Assembly (NCBI RefSeq): GCF_000143415.4
Contig: NW_003314276.1
Coordinates: 84,105-148,104, forward strand
Direction of reading: 5' to 3'
Length of the DNA stretch: 64,000 nt
From: Selaginella moellendorffii
Taxonomy: Eukaryota; Plantae; Lycopodiophyta
A model generated the notes under the pieces. That model saw only the letters and a program-made list of their open reading frames with translations, was not told the origin of the DNA and did no database searches. The position numbers and the translations under genes were made by a program. Positions 51,801 through 64,000 of this stretch are shown piece by piece. Every line of letters starts with the position of its first letter. Position 1 is the first letter of the stretch.

Positions 51801-53348
51801 GGACTTGTGTCCTCTTCTGTATTTAACCTCTCACAATCATTAATTCCCATCTTAAATTCATGAGCACCATCCTCAACTATATGAGGATAATTCTACAACT
51901 CCTTTATTGTCTTGGAGTCTTTGTGATCCTAACTATAGTTGTTTAACAAAACCACATTAGCTAATTTGTTAAATAAAATACTCATTGGACCATATGCTTA
52001 ACTCTCTAAGGAAAACTTTATACAGTTCTTAAGATCCCAAAGTCATTCCCAAATTAGCCCCTTTTTATCCACCATAGTGCCAACATATGCACGTATAAAC
52101 TAAGATGGAGAGTCATGTCCTCTCGATATACTACTCCTCGAGGATAGGCCCACACTTGGAACCTTCCGATACCAATACAAGTGGTAATATATACTTAACC
52201 ACCAATAAAAGACAGACTAATAAACAACTCCAATACCAAGTTGTAAGTGACTAATTTTTCTATTCTACCCTATGCAACCCTCATGGGTACTCTCCCCACC
52301 TTCTACCCTTAGATGCCCTAGTTATGTGGCTAGAGCAAGGTTCCAATGAGCCACACTAGGTATCCAAGTAAGTAATGCCACCTACACTTGGATTAGGAGC
52401 ATTGACCATTCGATCTCCCAGGGGAATTAGAGTTGGCTCTTGAATATTTCATTAAGCTACCTTGCTTGTCTATTTATATTCACTTTAACCTTGGACTCTC
52501 TAGTGGTTATATCATCACCCAATATGTGGGTATAGACTTCCTTGGTCACACTGGCCTTTCCTGACCAAACTGGCTCCACTAGAGTCCTCCCCCACTATAC
52601 TTTTGGAGCTCAGCAAACCCCCTAGAGTTTTGGGAGACGATTGCTTTAGGCTTTCACCCTAAGACTTGGATTCGAACTCAAACTCGAACTCAGACTCGGT
52701 CTCAGTCTCAGAATCTGTCTCAGTCTCAGACTCGGACTCGGTCTTGGACTCGATCTCAGTTTTGGTCTCAGTCTTGGACTCAGACACAAGCTCGGTCTCG
52801 GACTTGGTCTCAGTTTTGGGCTCAGTCTCGGTGTTAGTCTCTTTCTCAGCCTTGACCTCGGACTCCATCTCAGATCCATCTCAGACTTGGCCTCAAACTC
52901 CATCTTGGGTCCATCTCAGACTCCATCTCAAGTCCATCTTAGACTCCATCTTGGATCTATATTGAACTCCATCTTAAACTCCATCTTGGGTCCATATTTG
53001 GTCCATCTTTGGTCCATATTGGACTCCATCTTAGACTCCATCTTGGACTCCATCTCGGGTCCATATCTAACTCCATCTTGGACTCTTTCTTAGATTCGTT
53101 TTTGACACTTTTATGTGTCACAACACTTGCCATATGTCAGTCCTTTTTGTGTCCCATTTTAGAGACTCATTCACTGATTGCTTAGACTCATCCCTTGACC
53201 ACTTTGTTCAAAGTTCAAGTCCCACTCTCAACTTTTTAAGTCCAAGTCTTTAGTCCAAATATGTTATGCTTGTTGAACTTCCGCTTCGACCACTACCATC
53301 TAGCACCCTTTCTGCTCCACTTTAGGGGTTAAGGATTTGTGTCTCACA
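48830..53348 (-). mobile_element. Old truncated family-A copy (internally deleted 5' LTR 52242-53348, PBS about 52227-52238, internal region)
   Basis: Reverse complement of about 3867-9210 with heavy C-to-T and G-to-A decay. Confidence 0.88.
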
Positions 53349-53369
53349 ACTTAGTGTAACCTTTAGTGT

Positions 53370-54253
53370 AAAAGGGTCTTAGGATACTTGGGGTTAAGTG
53401 TCCTTGGGTTTGATTAGTATTATGTTAGGTGACCTCCTTGGAAGTCCAAATTTAGGAGCTTACATTTGGTATTGAAGTAATCTTAGGTTTGACTCTATTA
53501 GTTAACTTAGGGGAATTGCACCACATATTGATTGACATCTGGCAAGTCTAATTTGTTCCTGCTGGGCTTGACCCGAGGGGTAGGGTGTCAAGAGAGTGGG
53601 GCTTTCAGGAGAGTTGCGGCTCTCAGCTTTTGTTGACGAGGGTGTGAACTTGTAAGGAAATGTGGTGGATTGTAAGCAACCAAAAAGAAGAACTTGAGAG
53701 ATGATACATAAGGGTTTAAATATAGAGGGAAAGGGCCTATGAATAAGAGTGGACCCCCTTTTTTAATCAGTTAAGTGTCTTGGGAAATTTGGGGTTAAGT
53801 GTTCTTGGGTTTGAATAGTACTAGATTGGGTGACCTTTTGGGATATCCAAATTCACGAGTTTACGTTTGGTATTGGAGTGGTCTCAGGTTTGACTCTATT
53901 AATTAGCTTAAGGGAATCACACCACATATTGATTGACATTTGGCAGGTCTAGTTTGCTTTAGTTGGGCTCGACCTGAGGGTAGGGTGTCAAGAAAGCGGG
54001 GCTCTTAGAAGAGTTGTGGCTCTCAGGAGAGTTGTAGCTCTTAGCTTCTGTTCACGAGGGTGTGAACTTGTAGAGAAGTGTTGTGGATTGTAAGAAACTA
54101 AAAAAAATGACTCGAAAGATGATCTATAGGAATTCAAATATAGAGGGAAAGGGCCCATGAATAAGAGTGCACCCCCTTTTCCAATTGGATAAGGGTCTTG
54201 GAATATTTGGGGTTAAGTGTCCTTGGGTTTGAATAGTACTGGGTTGAGTAACA
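53370..54253 (+). mobile_element. Tandem Cassandra-like TRIM array with 5S rRNA-derived LTRs
   Basis: LTR(..53464)-PBS-internal-LTR(53671-53865)-PBS-internal-LTR(54089-54253). The LTR core GTTAAGTGTCCTTGGG...AGTACTAGATTGGGTGACCT..TGGGAAGTCC matches plant 5S A-box/IE/C-box. Confidence 0.85.
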
Positions 54254-54254
54254 T

Positions 54255-54979
54255 TCAAGAGGACCAACACATGACACATGAAAGTGTCGAGATGGAGTTT
54301 GAGATGGACCCAAGATGGAGTCTGAGATGGAGTCCAAGTTTGAGCCACTATGATTTCACACATAACTTATACCCAAAGTGTGCTACAAATCACAAATTAG
54401 GATTATAATTCCTCTAAATTGCAAAGTCTCTTCCCTTGACAAGCCTATGATCATACATGGACTTTTCCATACTTGGCCTCCCTAGGCCACCCTTTTTGAA
54501 GTTAAAGTACCTTTAATTAGGGTTTTTATTCCCTTGATTTGCCAATCTCTTTTAGCAAGTCACTTGATTAATATAACATATTTTCATACATAAGTGTGAA
54601 AGTTCTTAGCTATCGGCTTTCATTCAAAGCTATCTTTTTGAACACTTGAGAACTAATTCCCTAACCTTAAAAACCTTATCTTATGCCAAGCTCAAGACCA
54701 CATTTTTGCTGTGCAACTATGATTTCATGCATTCTTATAAACCATTTACACTTGTCTTTCTAAGTATTAACCTACCTAAAATTCTTTTTAGGAATTTTGA
54801 AGGGACCCTATCCTTTATCTTGCCAAAGTTTTCCCTTTCACAAGCTTTCTAATTGTGATATAGTTTAATATGGGTACTATATTTTAAACTCTCTATGGTA
54901 CCACAATTGCCAGTAGCAACACTTTTGATCACCCACTTGATTGTCCACTCCTAAGTTGCATGACCACCCTTGGCTATGC
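54255..54979. mobile_element. Family-A fragments (short + LTR piece, then a - strand internal piece)
   Basis: 54258-54340 matches the LTR; about 54400-54979 is the reverse complement of about 7520-8050. Confidence 0.7.
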
Positions 54980-57900
54980 TGTGAGACACAAATTCTAGAG
55001 CCCCAAAAGTGGAGCCGAAGGGTGCCATGTGGTAGTGATTGAAGCAGAAGCCAAACAAGCATAACACGTTTGGACTAAAAGCTCCGACTTGAAAGGTCGA
55101 GAGCGAGAGTGAAACTCCCCAAAGAAGGGCTTGAGGAACAAGCTCAAAGCGAGCAATAAGTGAGTTTCTAGAAAAACGACACAAAAGGACCAACATATGA
55201 CACTAGAAGTGCAGAGATGGAGTCCGAGATGGAGTTTGAGATGGATCTGAGATGGAGTCCGAGATGGACCCGAGATGGAGTCTGAGATGGACTCGAGATG
55301 GAGTCTGAGTTGGACCCAAGATGGAGTCTGAGATAGACCCAAGATGGAGTTTGAGATGGAGTCCGAGTTGGACCCGAGATGGAGTCCGAGATGACCCCGA
55401 GATGGAGTCCAAGATGGAGTCCGAATTGGACCCGAGATTGAGTCCGAGATGGACTTAACATGGACCCAAGATGGAGTCCAAGGACAAGGCCGAGACTGAG
55501 ACCGAGACCGAGTCCAAGTTCAAGTCTGAGTTTGAGACCAAGAATGAGACCGAATCCAAGTCCAAGTCCAAGTCTAATGTGAGACACAAAATCCCTAGGC
55601 CCCAAAGTGGAGCTGGAAAGGGTGCCACGTGGTAGTGGCCGAAGTGAAAGCCAAACGAGCGTAACACGTTTGGACTAAAAGCTCCGACTTAAAAGGTCGA
55701 GAGCGGGAGTGGAACTCCCAACAAAGTGCTCAAGGAGCAAGCACAAAGCAAGCAATAAGCAAGGCTCCAAAAAGGGACCCAAAAAGGACCAACACATGAC
55801 ACGTGGAAGTGTCCGAGATGGAGTCCGAGACGGACCCTAGTTGGAGTCCGAGATGGACCCAAAATGGAGTCCGATATGGAGTCTGAAGTGGAGTCCGAGA
55901 TGGAGTCCGATATGGAGCCCGAGATGGACCTGAAGTGGAGTCTGAGGTGGACAAAGACAGAGTCCGAGATGGACCCGAGATGGAGTCTGAGATGGACCCG
56001 AGATGGAGTCCGAGATGTAGCCGAGGTGGACCAAGACGGAGTCCGAGATGGACCCGAGATGGAGTCCGAGATGGAGTCTGAGATGGACCCGAGATGGAGT
56101 CCGAGGTGGAGTCCGAGGTGGACCGAGACGGAGTCCGAGATGGACCCGAGATGGAGTCCGAGATGGACCGAGACGGAGTACGAGATGGAGTCCGAGATGG
56201 ACCGAGATGAAGTCCGAGATGGAATCCGAGATGGAGTCCGAGAAGGACCCGAGATGGAGTCCGAGGTCGAGATCGAGACCGGGACCGAGACCGGGACCGA
56301 GACCGAGATCGGGACCAAGACCGGGACCGAGACCGAGGCCAAGGCTGAGACCGAGCCCGAGCCCGAGTCCGAGTCCGAGTCCGAGTCCGAGTCCGAGTCC
56401 GAGTCCGAGTTCAAGTCTGAGAGGGTGAAAGCCCAAAGCGTTCGTCTCCCAGACCCTGGGGGGTTTGGTGAGCTCCAACAGTATAGTAAGGGGGAGGACT
56501 GCAGTGGAGCCAGTTTGGCCTAGGAAGGCCAGACCCAGTGTTGGGTGATGAACTGACCACTGGGAAGTCTAAGACTAGAGTGAATACGGACCGACAAGTG
56601 GGGTAGCTTGGTGAAGTGTTCAAGATCCGGCTCTAGTTCCCCCGGGAGATCGACTGGCCGATGCTCCCAGTCCAAGTGTGGGTGGCACTACCTACTTGGA
56701 TACCAGGCGTGGCTCAACGAAACCTCGCTCTAAGCCCATGGCTAGAGCACCTAAAGGTGAAAGGCGGGGAGAGTACCTAGGTGGCTCGCGTAAGGCCACG
56801 GTGTTCCGAAATGTTGTCCCAAAGGCCTAGACTGTGGAAAGGAAGAGGAGCAGTCCTCTGGGGTAGTGACCAAGGACACAGTCGTGTGGTGAGGAAGTCC
56901 CAGAGGACCATGGGACTTAGTGGTTGGGCTTGTGGGCCTCGATCCAGTGGCAGTGTTGGCAAACACGGCCAGGGGCAGAAAGGGACTTGGTAGGAACTGA
57001 CAAAGGGACTTTGGGGAAGGCAATTCCCCAGGTCTGTGGGCATCCCAAGGATGCTAAGGAGTGGATCTAGGATGACCACTCGTGGATAGATGGCCCAGTC
57101 TTGGAGAGACGGGATGGTGATGCAAGTGGTATTGGACCACTAGTGCAGCAAAGGTGAATGAGCATGGCCTTAGCGTAACGGGCCGAGATGTCAGTGGTAC
57201 CTTTGGGTGTCGGTCTTGGGACCGGACACGTGGAGCACTTGGACCAGGTGTAAGTGTTGAGTGGCATGGATGCCATTCTTGGGGCTAGCAAGTCCCAAGT
57301 CCTGAATTGGACTGATGGAGGTTGTGAATGAGACTCCTCTAAGTGGTCGGAGGTGTAGTTAAGTGACTAAAGTAGAATGGAAAATTTCGTCACTTACATC
57401 TAAGTCTGAGCCTGAGTGTGAGTCCGAGTCTGACTCTGAGGGTGAAAGCCCAAAGCATTCATCTCCCAGACCCTGGGGGTTTGGTGAGCCCCAAAAGTAT
57501 AGTAGGGGGAGGACCCCAGTGTAGCCAGTTTGGCCAGGAAAGGCTAGTATGAACTAGAAAAGCTATGCTTACGTGTTGGGTGATGATATATCCACTGAGG
57601 AATCCAAAGCTAGAATGAATATGGATAGACAACCGGGGTGGCTTGGTGAAGTGTTCAATAGTTGGCTTTAGCTCCCATGGGAAATCAAATGGTCGATACT
57701 CCCAATCCAAGCGTGGGTGGCACTACCTACTTAAATACATAGTGTGGCTCAATGAAACATTGCTCTAGCCCCATGGCTAGAGCACTCAAATGCGGAAGGT
57801 GGGGAGAGCACCCATGAAGCTTGCGTAGGGCCATGGTATTTTGAAATGTTGTCCCAAAGTCCCAGATTGTGGAAAGGAAGAGGACCAATCCTCTAGTTTA

Positions 57901-58323
57901 GTGACCAAGGATACAGTCACATGATGAGAAAGTCCTAGAGGACAGTGGGATTTAGTGATCGGGCCTATGAGCCTTGACCCAATGGCAATGTTGACGAACA
58001 TGGCCATGGACAGAAAGGGACTTGGTGGGAACAGTAAAAGGGATATTGGGGAATGTTGTTCCCCATGTCTGCAGGCATCCTAAGGATGTTAAGGAGTGGA
58101 TTTAGGATGATCACTCATGGACAGATGGCCCAGTCCTTGAGAGACGGGACTGCGATGCAAGTGGTGTTAGACCACCGGTGTGACCAAGGTGAAGGGGCAT
58201 GGCCTTGGCGTAACAGGCTGATATGTCGATGGTACCTTGGGGTGTCAGTCTTGGGATTGGACACGTAGAGCACTGGGACCAAGTGCAAAGGATAGGTGGC
58301 ATGGATGCCATTCTTGGGGCTAG
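54980..58323 (+). mobile_element. Older family-A LTR, split by a younger solo LTR and cut at 58323 by Gypsy E
   Basis: 54980-55577 and 57399-58323 are colinear with the family-A LTR. Confidence 0.85.
55578..57398 (+). mobile_element. Family-A solo LTR with TSD TCTAA
   Basis: TGTGAGACAC...CACTTACA flanked by TCTAA at 55573-55577 and 57399-57403. Confidence 0.93.
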
Positions 58324-61300
58324 TGTTAGGCACCAGCTTTGACTATGTGGTCAACGTCGGTCAAAGGGAGGCTCAAGGGTATATTAAGGCATGTTAGGGT
58401 AAAGGACTTAACCTACCCTAGGGCTCACAGTGGAGCGGCGGCGCAGTGGGGCTTTTGAGGTAGCTTGGGGGTGGTTGGGTGGTGAGGAACCTCAAGAGGT
58501 GGTGTAGAAGAGTCTAGGGCGACTAGATCTCTGTCTTTTTGCGCCAGATCATAACATTGGTATCAGAGGAGTTGGTTGTGATGGCCGACCAAGCTGAACG
58601 CTGGAATGCTATTGTCGATGGTGGTGCCGACGATGGTGCCAACGAAGTTGCGGAGATTTGGACCATTCAAGATGTTGTTCATGAGCTGCGAGCCCTTAAT
58701 AAAAATCAGCAAGAGATGCAAGACGAGATGCATGGCATGATGGACACCATGCGTGGGCGTGTTGAGGCACTCGAGGCTGGACGGGGTAGTGCTTCAAGTA
58801 AGCCTTCTTTGGTAGATCGACTCAAGATTCCAACTTTTTCCGGTGATGGTGGTGTGGACGAGTGTCTCGCTGGGCTAGCCAATGTGAAGAAGTTCTTGGC
58901 TACTAGAGGAACTCCAGATGCAGAGGCTTTAGTGGCTATTCCGATGGTTTTGCGTGATGCGGGTCTTCAATGGTGGAATTGGCTTGAGGAGTCCCTTGTT
59001 GCGGATAAGAAACCACCAGTGTCTACCATGGATGAATTTGAGGCTGCTTTCCGTTTACGTTTTGCCCCTCATTACAATGTGGAGAATGCTCGTACGGAAC
59101 TTTGACATTTCCAGCAAGGGAAAATGACACTTAGGGACTATATTGAGAAGCTTATTCGCTTGATTAGTCGTGTTCCAACGAAGGATCCAGATCAGAACAA
59201 GTCCTACTTCATTGATGGCCTACATAGTGAGAGCATGCGGCAACACTTGCGTCATTCTCAGCCTACAAAGTGTTTGGAGGAGCTCTTTGATGCAGCTCGT
59301 CGACTTGACAATGACAAGCACAAGTCTTGCAAGCGCTCGTGGAGTCCTGTCGAGAATCGTCGTGATGATCGCCATGGACACTAGGATGGGAACAAGCATC
59401 ACAAGTTGAAATCGGTGGTGACTACTTCAGATGCAAAGGGGTCCAAGAAGCAGAAGTTCTTTGTGAAGAATTATAGATAGGGTTGTTATCATTACGGCGA
59501 ACTTGGACACTACAAGGCTGATTGTCCGTAGTTGAAGAACAAGCAGCAGGACAAGAAGAATGGCCAATCTTCTTCTCACGGTAAGTCAGATACTAAAAAG
59601 TTGCAAAATTTGCAGCGTGAGGATGAGGAGAACGACCATTCCAGTCGGAGGAAGTGACTTTCGATCGTTGCTCGTCAACTCAACTGTGTGTGGAACAAGA
59701 TGGAGCTCGAGGATACGCGTGAATCAGCTTTAATGCTGGAGGGTGTGTTCTGTGGCGATCCAGTGCGGATTTTACTGGATAGTGGGAGCGATGACAACTT
59801 TGTTTCGGCAGTGTTTGTTGCGGAGCATGGCCTGAACACACGCGGAGTTCTTCCATACACAGTGGAAGGTGCAGCTACCTCTGCTCAGCATTTTGATGCT
59901 TGTGTCAAGGGGCTGGAAGTCTTGGTTAGCAAAACCACAGTTGTGGAGACTTTTTATCTCGCGGATATCCATCGTGTGGATCTCATCTTTGGGATGCCAT
60001 GGTTGGTGAAGGTGGATCTAGAGATAAAGTGGAGTATTAACGCCAATATCTAGGCCATATTGTGACATCTCAGGGTGTCAAGACGGATCCAAGGAAGGTG
60101 GCTGTGGTGGAAAACTGGCCTACACTGACTACAGTGGCCGAGTTGCACAGTTTTCTTGGTATGGCTAGTTACTACCGACATTTCCAACATAAGTTTGCAG
60201 AGGTGGCTATTCCTTTGATGCGGTTGTTACGCAAGAATGTGCCATTCGAGTGGAAGAAGCCACAAGAGGAGAGTTTTGTGGCGCTGAAGCGATTGTTGAG
60301 CGAGACTCCAGTGCTTCGCATTGCTGATCCATCGAAACCTTACGAGGTGACATGCGATGCAAGTGGTTATGCACTGGGAGGAGTTCTCATGCAAGAGGGA
60401 CAGCCTATTGCATATGAGAGTCGAACTTTGAATTCTGCGGAGCAACGCTATTCCACATATAAGCAAGAGTTACTCTCTATTGTTCATGCTTTGCGGACGT
60501 GGCAGCACTATGTTTATCATGCAGTGTTCGTGGTGTTAACAGATCACAAACCACTTGTGTATCTTTTCACACAGAAGGAGTTGAACACTACGCAAGCTCG
60601 TTGGATAGTCAAACTCATGGAGTTTGGGGAGTTTCCTATTGAGCATCGTCCGGGAAAATCAAATGTGGTGGCAGATGCTTTATCTCGTGCTCGTCATGTG
60701 ACGACATTATGAACACGATTTTGTCATCATTTGAGTAAGGTGGTCAGCGAGTTTAGGCAGTTGGTTGAGCATGCTCAGGCTCAGGATGCTGAGGTGGCCT
60801 CTTTGCGAGACCAGATGGAAGCCCCTTTCTCATTGGTGGATGGGATTCTCTACTACAATGGCCATGTATATTTGCCACGGGTGGATGCGTTAATTACTCA
60901 AGTTTTATTCCACTATCNNNNNNNNNNNNNNNNNNNNNNNNNNNNNNNNNNNNNNNNNNNNNNNNNNNNNNNNNNNNNNNNNNNNNNNNNNNNNNNNNNN
61001 NNNNNNNNNNNNNNNNNTATTGTAAATCATGCAAGCTTTGTCAGCGGGTTAAGGTGCCACGGGAGAAGCCGGGGGGACTTTTGCAACCTTTACCTATTCC
61101 TCATAGCCGTTGGTGTAGTATCTCTATAGACTTCATCACTTGTTTGCCACAACACAAAGGGCAAAAGGAGCAAGTATGGGTCATAGTGGATCGGTTGACG
61201 AAGTATGTGCGGTTGTTGGCTCTTCAGAAGACTGTCACTGCCTCAGACTTGGCTGCGGTTTACTTGGAGAAGGTTTTTCCTGATTTTGGTTTGCCGGAGG

Positions 61301-62356
61301 ATATAATTAGTGATCGAGATTCAAAGTTCACCAGTGGATTTTGGAAAAGCTTTGCAAAGGCTATGCAAGTGACTTTGAAACTCTCGGGTGGAGATCATCC
61401 TCAGACGGATGGGCAAACTGAGCGTGTGAATCAGGTGGTGGAGGATATGCTACGTTGTAGCATTGGTCAAAGGCAAGGACAGTGGGATTTATATCTTCCG
61501 TTGGTGCAATTTGCTTACAACAATAGCCAACACAGTGGAACCAAGCTAAGTCCTTATTTTGCCATGTTTGGAAGGCATCCTCGAACAGCGGTGGAGTTGG
61601 GATTGCATTTGAGTAAGGACGTTCAAGATAAGCGTGATTCTGAGGCGACTGATTTGGCCACAGAACTTAATGAGATTTTGGTGGTGTGCAAACGTAATTT
61701 GTAAGCAGCTCAAGATAGAGCGAAGAAGTTTGCCAATGAGCATCACCAATTCCGGGAATATAAGGTGGGTGATCTCGTCTTTGTGCGAGTGATCTTTCCG
61801 TCAAGTGAGCGGCGGACCACCTTGGTGTCTTTACGGACAGGGAAGAGTGATAAACTTTCCCATCGATATGCTGGTCCATATGAAGTGCTGGAGCGCATTA
61901 GTAAAGCGGCTTATCAGGTGCGGCTGCCAACTAGGGTGAAAATTCATCTGGTATTTTATGTCAGCTAGTTGAAAGGTGTACTATCTCGGAGTGACAGGCC
62001 CAATGCCTCCTTGATGTACACGGCTGTGGAAGATGGACCAGGAGCTTGAGTAGGGTTCCCCAGAAAGGGTGATCACCGGTACAACTCGTCCTTGGGACAA
62101 GGACTTTTTTGGGGGGGAAGAATTGTTAGGCGCCAGCTTTGACTACGTGGTCAACGTCGGTCAAAGGGAGGCTCAAGGGTATATTAAGGCATGTTAGGGT
62201 AAGGGACAAAACCTACCCTAGGGCTCACAGTGGAGCGGCGGCGCAGTGGAGCTTTTGAGGTAGCTCGAGGGTGGTTGGGTGGTGAGGAACCTCAAGAGGT
62301 GGCGTAGCATAGTCTAGGGCAACTAGATCTTTGTCTTTTTGCGTCGGATTATAATA
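58324..62356 (+). mobile_element. Ty3/Gypsy family E with 233-bp LTRs and most of RT deleted
   Basis: LTRs 58324-58556 and 62124-62356; PBS TGGTATCAGAG 58558-58568; gag; knuckle CYHYGELGHYKADC; protease ILLDSGS; RNase H CDASGYALG; integrase ISDRD...HPQTDGQTER and GPY motif; PPT GGGGGGGAAGAAT. Confidence 0.95.
60918..61017. other. Assembly gap (100 N) in the integrase zinc-binding domain
   Basis: N run. The paralogous copy (ORF 31654-31929) implies about 98 nt are missing. Confidence 0.95.
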
Positions 62357-62756
62357 TTGGTATCAGAGAATTGGTTGCGATGGCCGACCAAGCTGAACGC
62401 TGGAATCCTATCATCGATGGTGGTGCCGACGGTGGTGCCGACGATGGTGCCGACGAAGCTGCGGAGATTTGGACCATTCAAGATTTGGTTCATGAGCTGC
62501 GGTCCCTTAATAAAAATCAACAAGAGATGAACGACGGTATGCATGGCATGATGGACACCAGGCGTGGGCGTGTTGAGGCACTCGAGGCTGGACGGGGTAG
62601 CGCTCCAAGTAAGCCTTCTTTGGTAGATCGACTCAAGATTCCAACCTTTTCCGGTGATGGTGGTGTGGACGAGTGTCTTCGTTGGCTAGCCAATGTGAAG
62701 AATATCTTGGCTGCTAGAGGACTCCAGATCCAGAGGTCTTAGTGGCTATTCCGATG
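62357..62756 (+). mobile_element. Second tandem unit of family E (PBS and gag start), truncated
   Basis: TGGTATCAGAG and MADQAERWN... repeat directly after the 3' LTR. Confidence 0.9.
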
Positions 62757-64000
62757 GTTATTGGTGGCCAAGTATATCACCACTTGTATTGCAATTGGAA
62801 GGTCATAGATATAGAACTATCCTCAAGGAGTAGCATGTCGAAAGGACATGGCTTTCCACTCAAGTTCATGCGTGAACTTGTGTGCAATGTGGTGGATGGA
62901 AAAGGGCCAGTAAGGGAATGACTTTGGGATCTTGGGAATAGTATAAGGTTTCCCTTAGAGAGTTGAGGATGTGATCCGGATGAGCAGATGACTCAGCAAA
63001 CTGGCTAAGGTAGTTGTGGCAAACAACTATAGTTGGTATCACAGGAAAGATAGAGACTCTAAAACAATAAAGAAGTCACAAGATTACCGTCACATAGTTG
63101 AGGCTGGTACTCATGAATTTGAGACTGGAATTAATAACCATGAGAGGTCAAGTACGGATGAGGACATAAGTCCTCGAAATGTTAGCCGAGGCTACCCTTG
63201 ATAAATGCTAGAACAACCTAAGGAGTTGGGGATGTACTTAGAGGATGAGTTGGTATTCTTATCACATGGACAAGTAGTCCTAAGGGGCAAAGGTTGCCCC
63301 CAGGGAACAACATCAAGTGTTGGAATGACACTTGCAAATATAGTTTTTGTGAGTAGGATGTGAATACAAGAAGTTGTATTTCAGCGAGATGGCACCTCAA
63401 ATAGGACCTTATAGGTCATTGGATTTTAAAGTCTAAAAAAAAATGCTAGATGACTCAAGTAAAGTCAAGGAATGGTCCTAAGGGATTGCTAAACAGCATT
63501 TGGACTGAGGTGTGTTGTGCCCTACGAAGGTTGGGGAGGATCATAGGATCCAAGTATGAGAACAGTGAGTGTCTCATTGATGGCGGAATGTGCCATACTA
63601 AAGTTGTAGGAAAGGTGTTCCCCAAAAAGAAAACAACTTTAGCATAGAGTTGTATGTGAACACTATAGTGTAGTGCTAACGGATAGCTGGCATGAGAAAC
63701 ACTGTGTTGGTCTTGGCAAAGACCTAGACACTAATAAGTAGTGTCATAAAGATAGGCTCGTGGAGCTGATAGTGTGGAGACACCAAATGTGCCAAGGTGT
63801 GATACCTTGAGGTTATGTTAGTGGGTTCATGAGAACCCCTTACAAAAGGAATCCCAATGGAAATGGGAATGGCATAGCCTAAGCTGGAAGGCATGCAGTT
63901 GGAGTGGGTGACCCAGTTAATGATGGAGGTGTGGAAGCACCAAGTAATGAGTTGTAGGACTTAACAACTATGAGGCAACTAAGCAAAAGATGCAAAATAA
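62757..64000 (+). mobile_element. Family-A internal region (diverged copy)
   Basis: Colinear with about 5680-6920. Confidence 0.9.

Noticed and set aside
53391-53848. 5S rDNA array
   Set aside because: Only the internal ~55-nt promoter region is present, embedded in LTRs with PBS and PPT.

Overview
Eukaryotic land-plant genomic DNA. The very short GT-AG introns (39-58 nt) suggest a compact genome such as a Selaginella-like lycophyte, which is inference only. Two nested retrotransposon blocks (about 1-33.9 kb and 48.8-64 kb) flank a gene and gene-fragment island (about 34-48.7 kb). The repeat blocks contain: a young, intact, non-coding LTR element (family A; 1780-bp LTRs, GTCAT TSD) whose RNA is an almost continuous chain of short hairpins, inserted in an L1 LINE; solo and nested family-A LTRs; a second non-coding family (B); two decayed Ty3/Gypsy families (C and E, with E in tandem units and with an exact LTR-LTR junction); and a tandem Cassandra-type TRIM with 5S rRNA-derived LTRs. 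The island holds an apparently intact secreted protein with two tandem EG16-type GH16 domains that have degenerate catalytic motifs, a divergent mitochondrial cytochrome c, and a chain of pseudogene fragments (Helitron Rep/Hel, PPR, P450, kelch, ArfGAP-C2) that includes a ~600-bp inverted-repeat pair. Family names A, B, C and E are my own labels. Boundaries of decayed elements are approximate.
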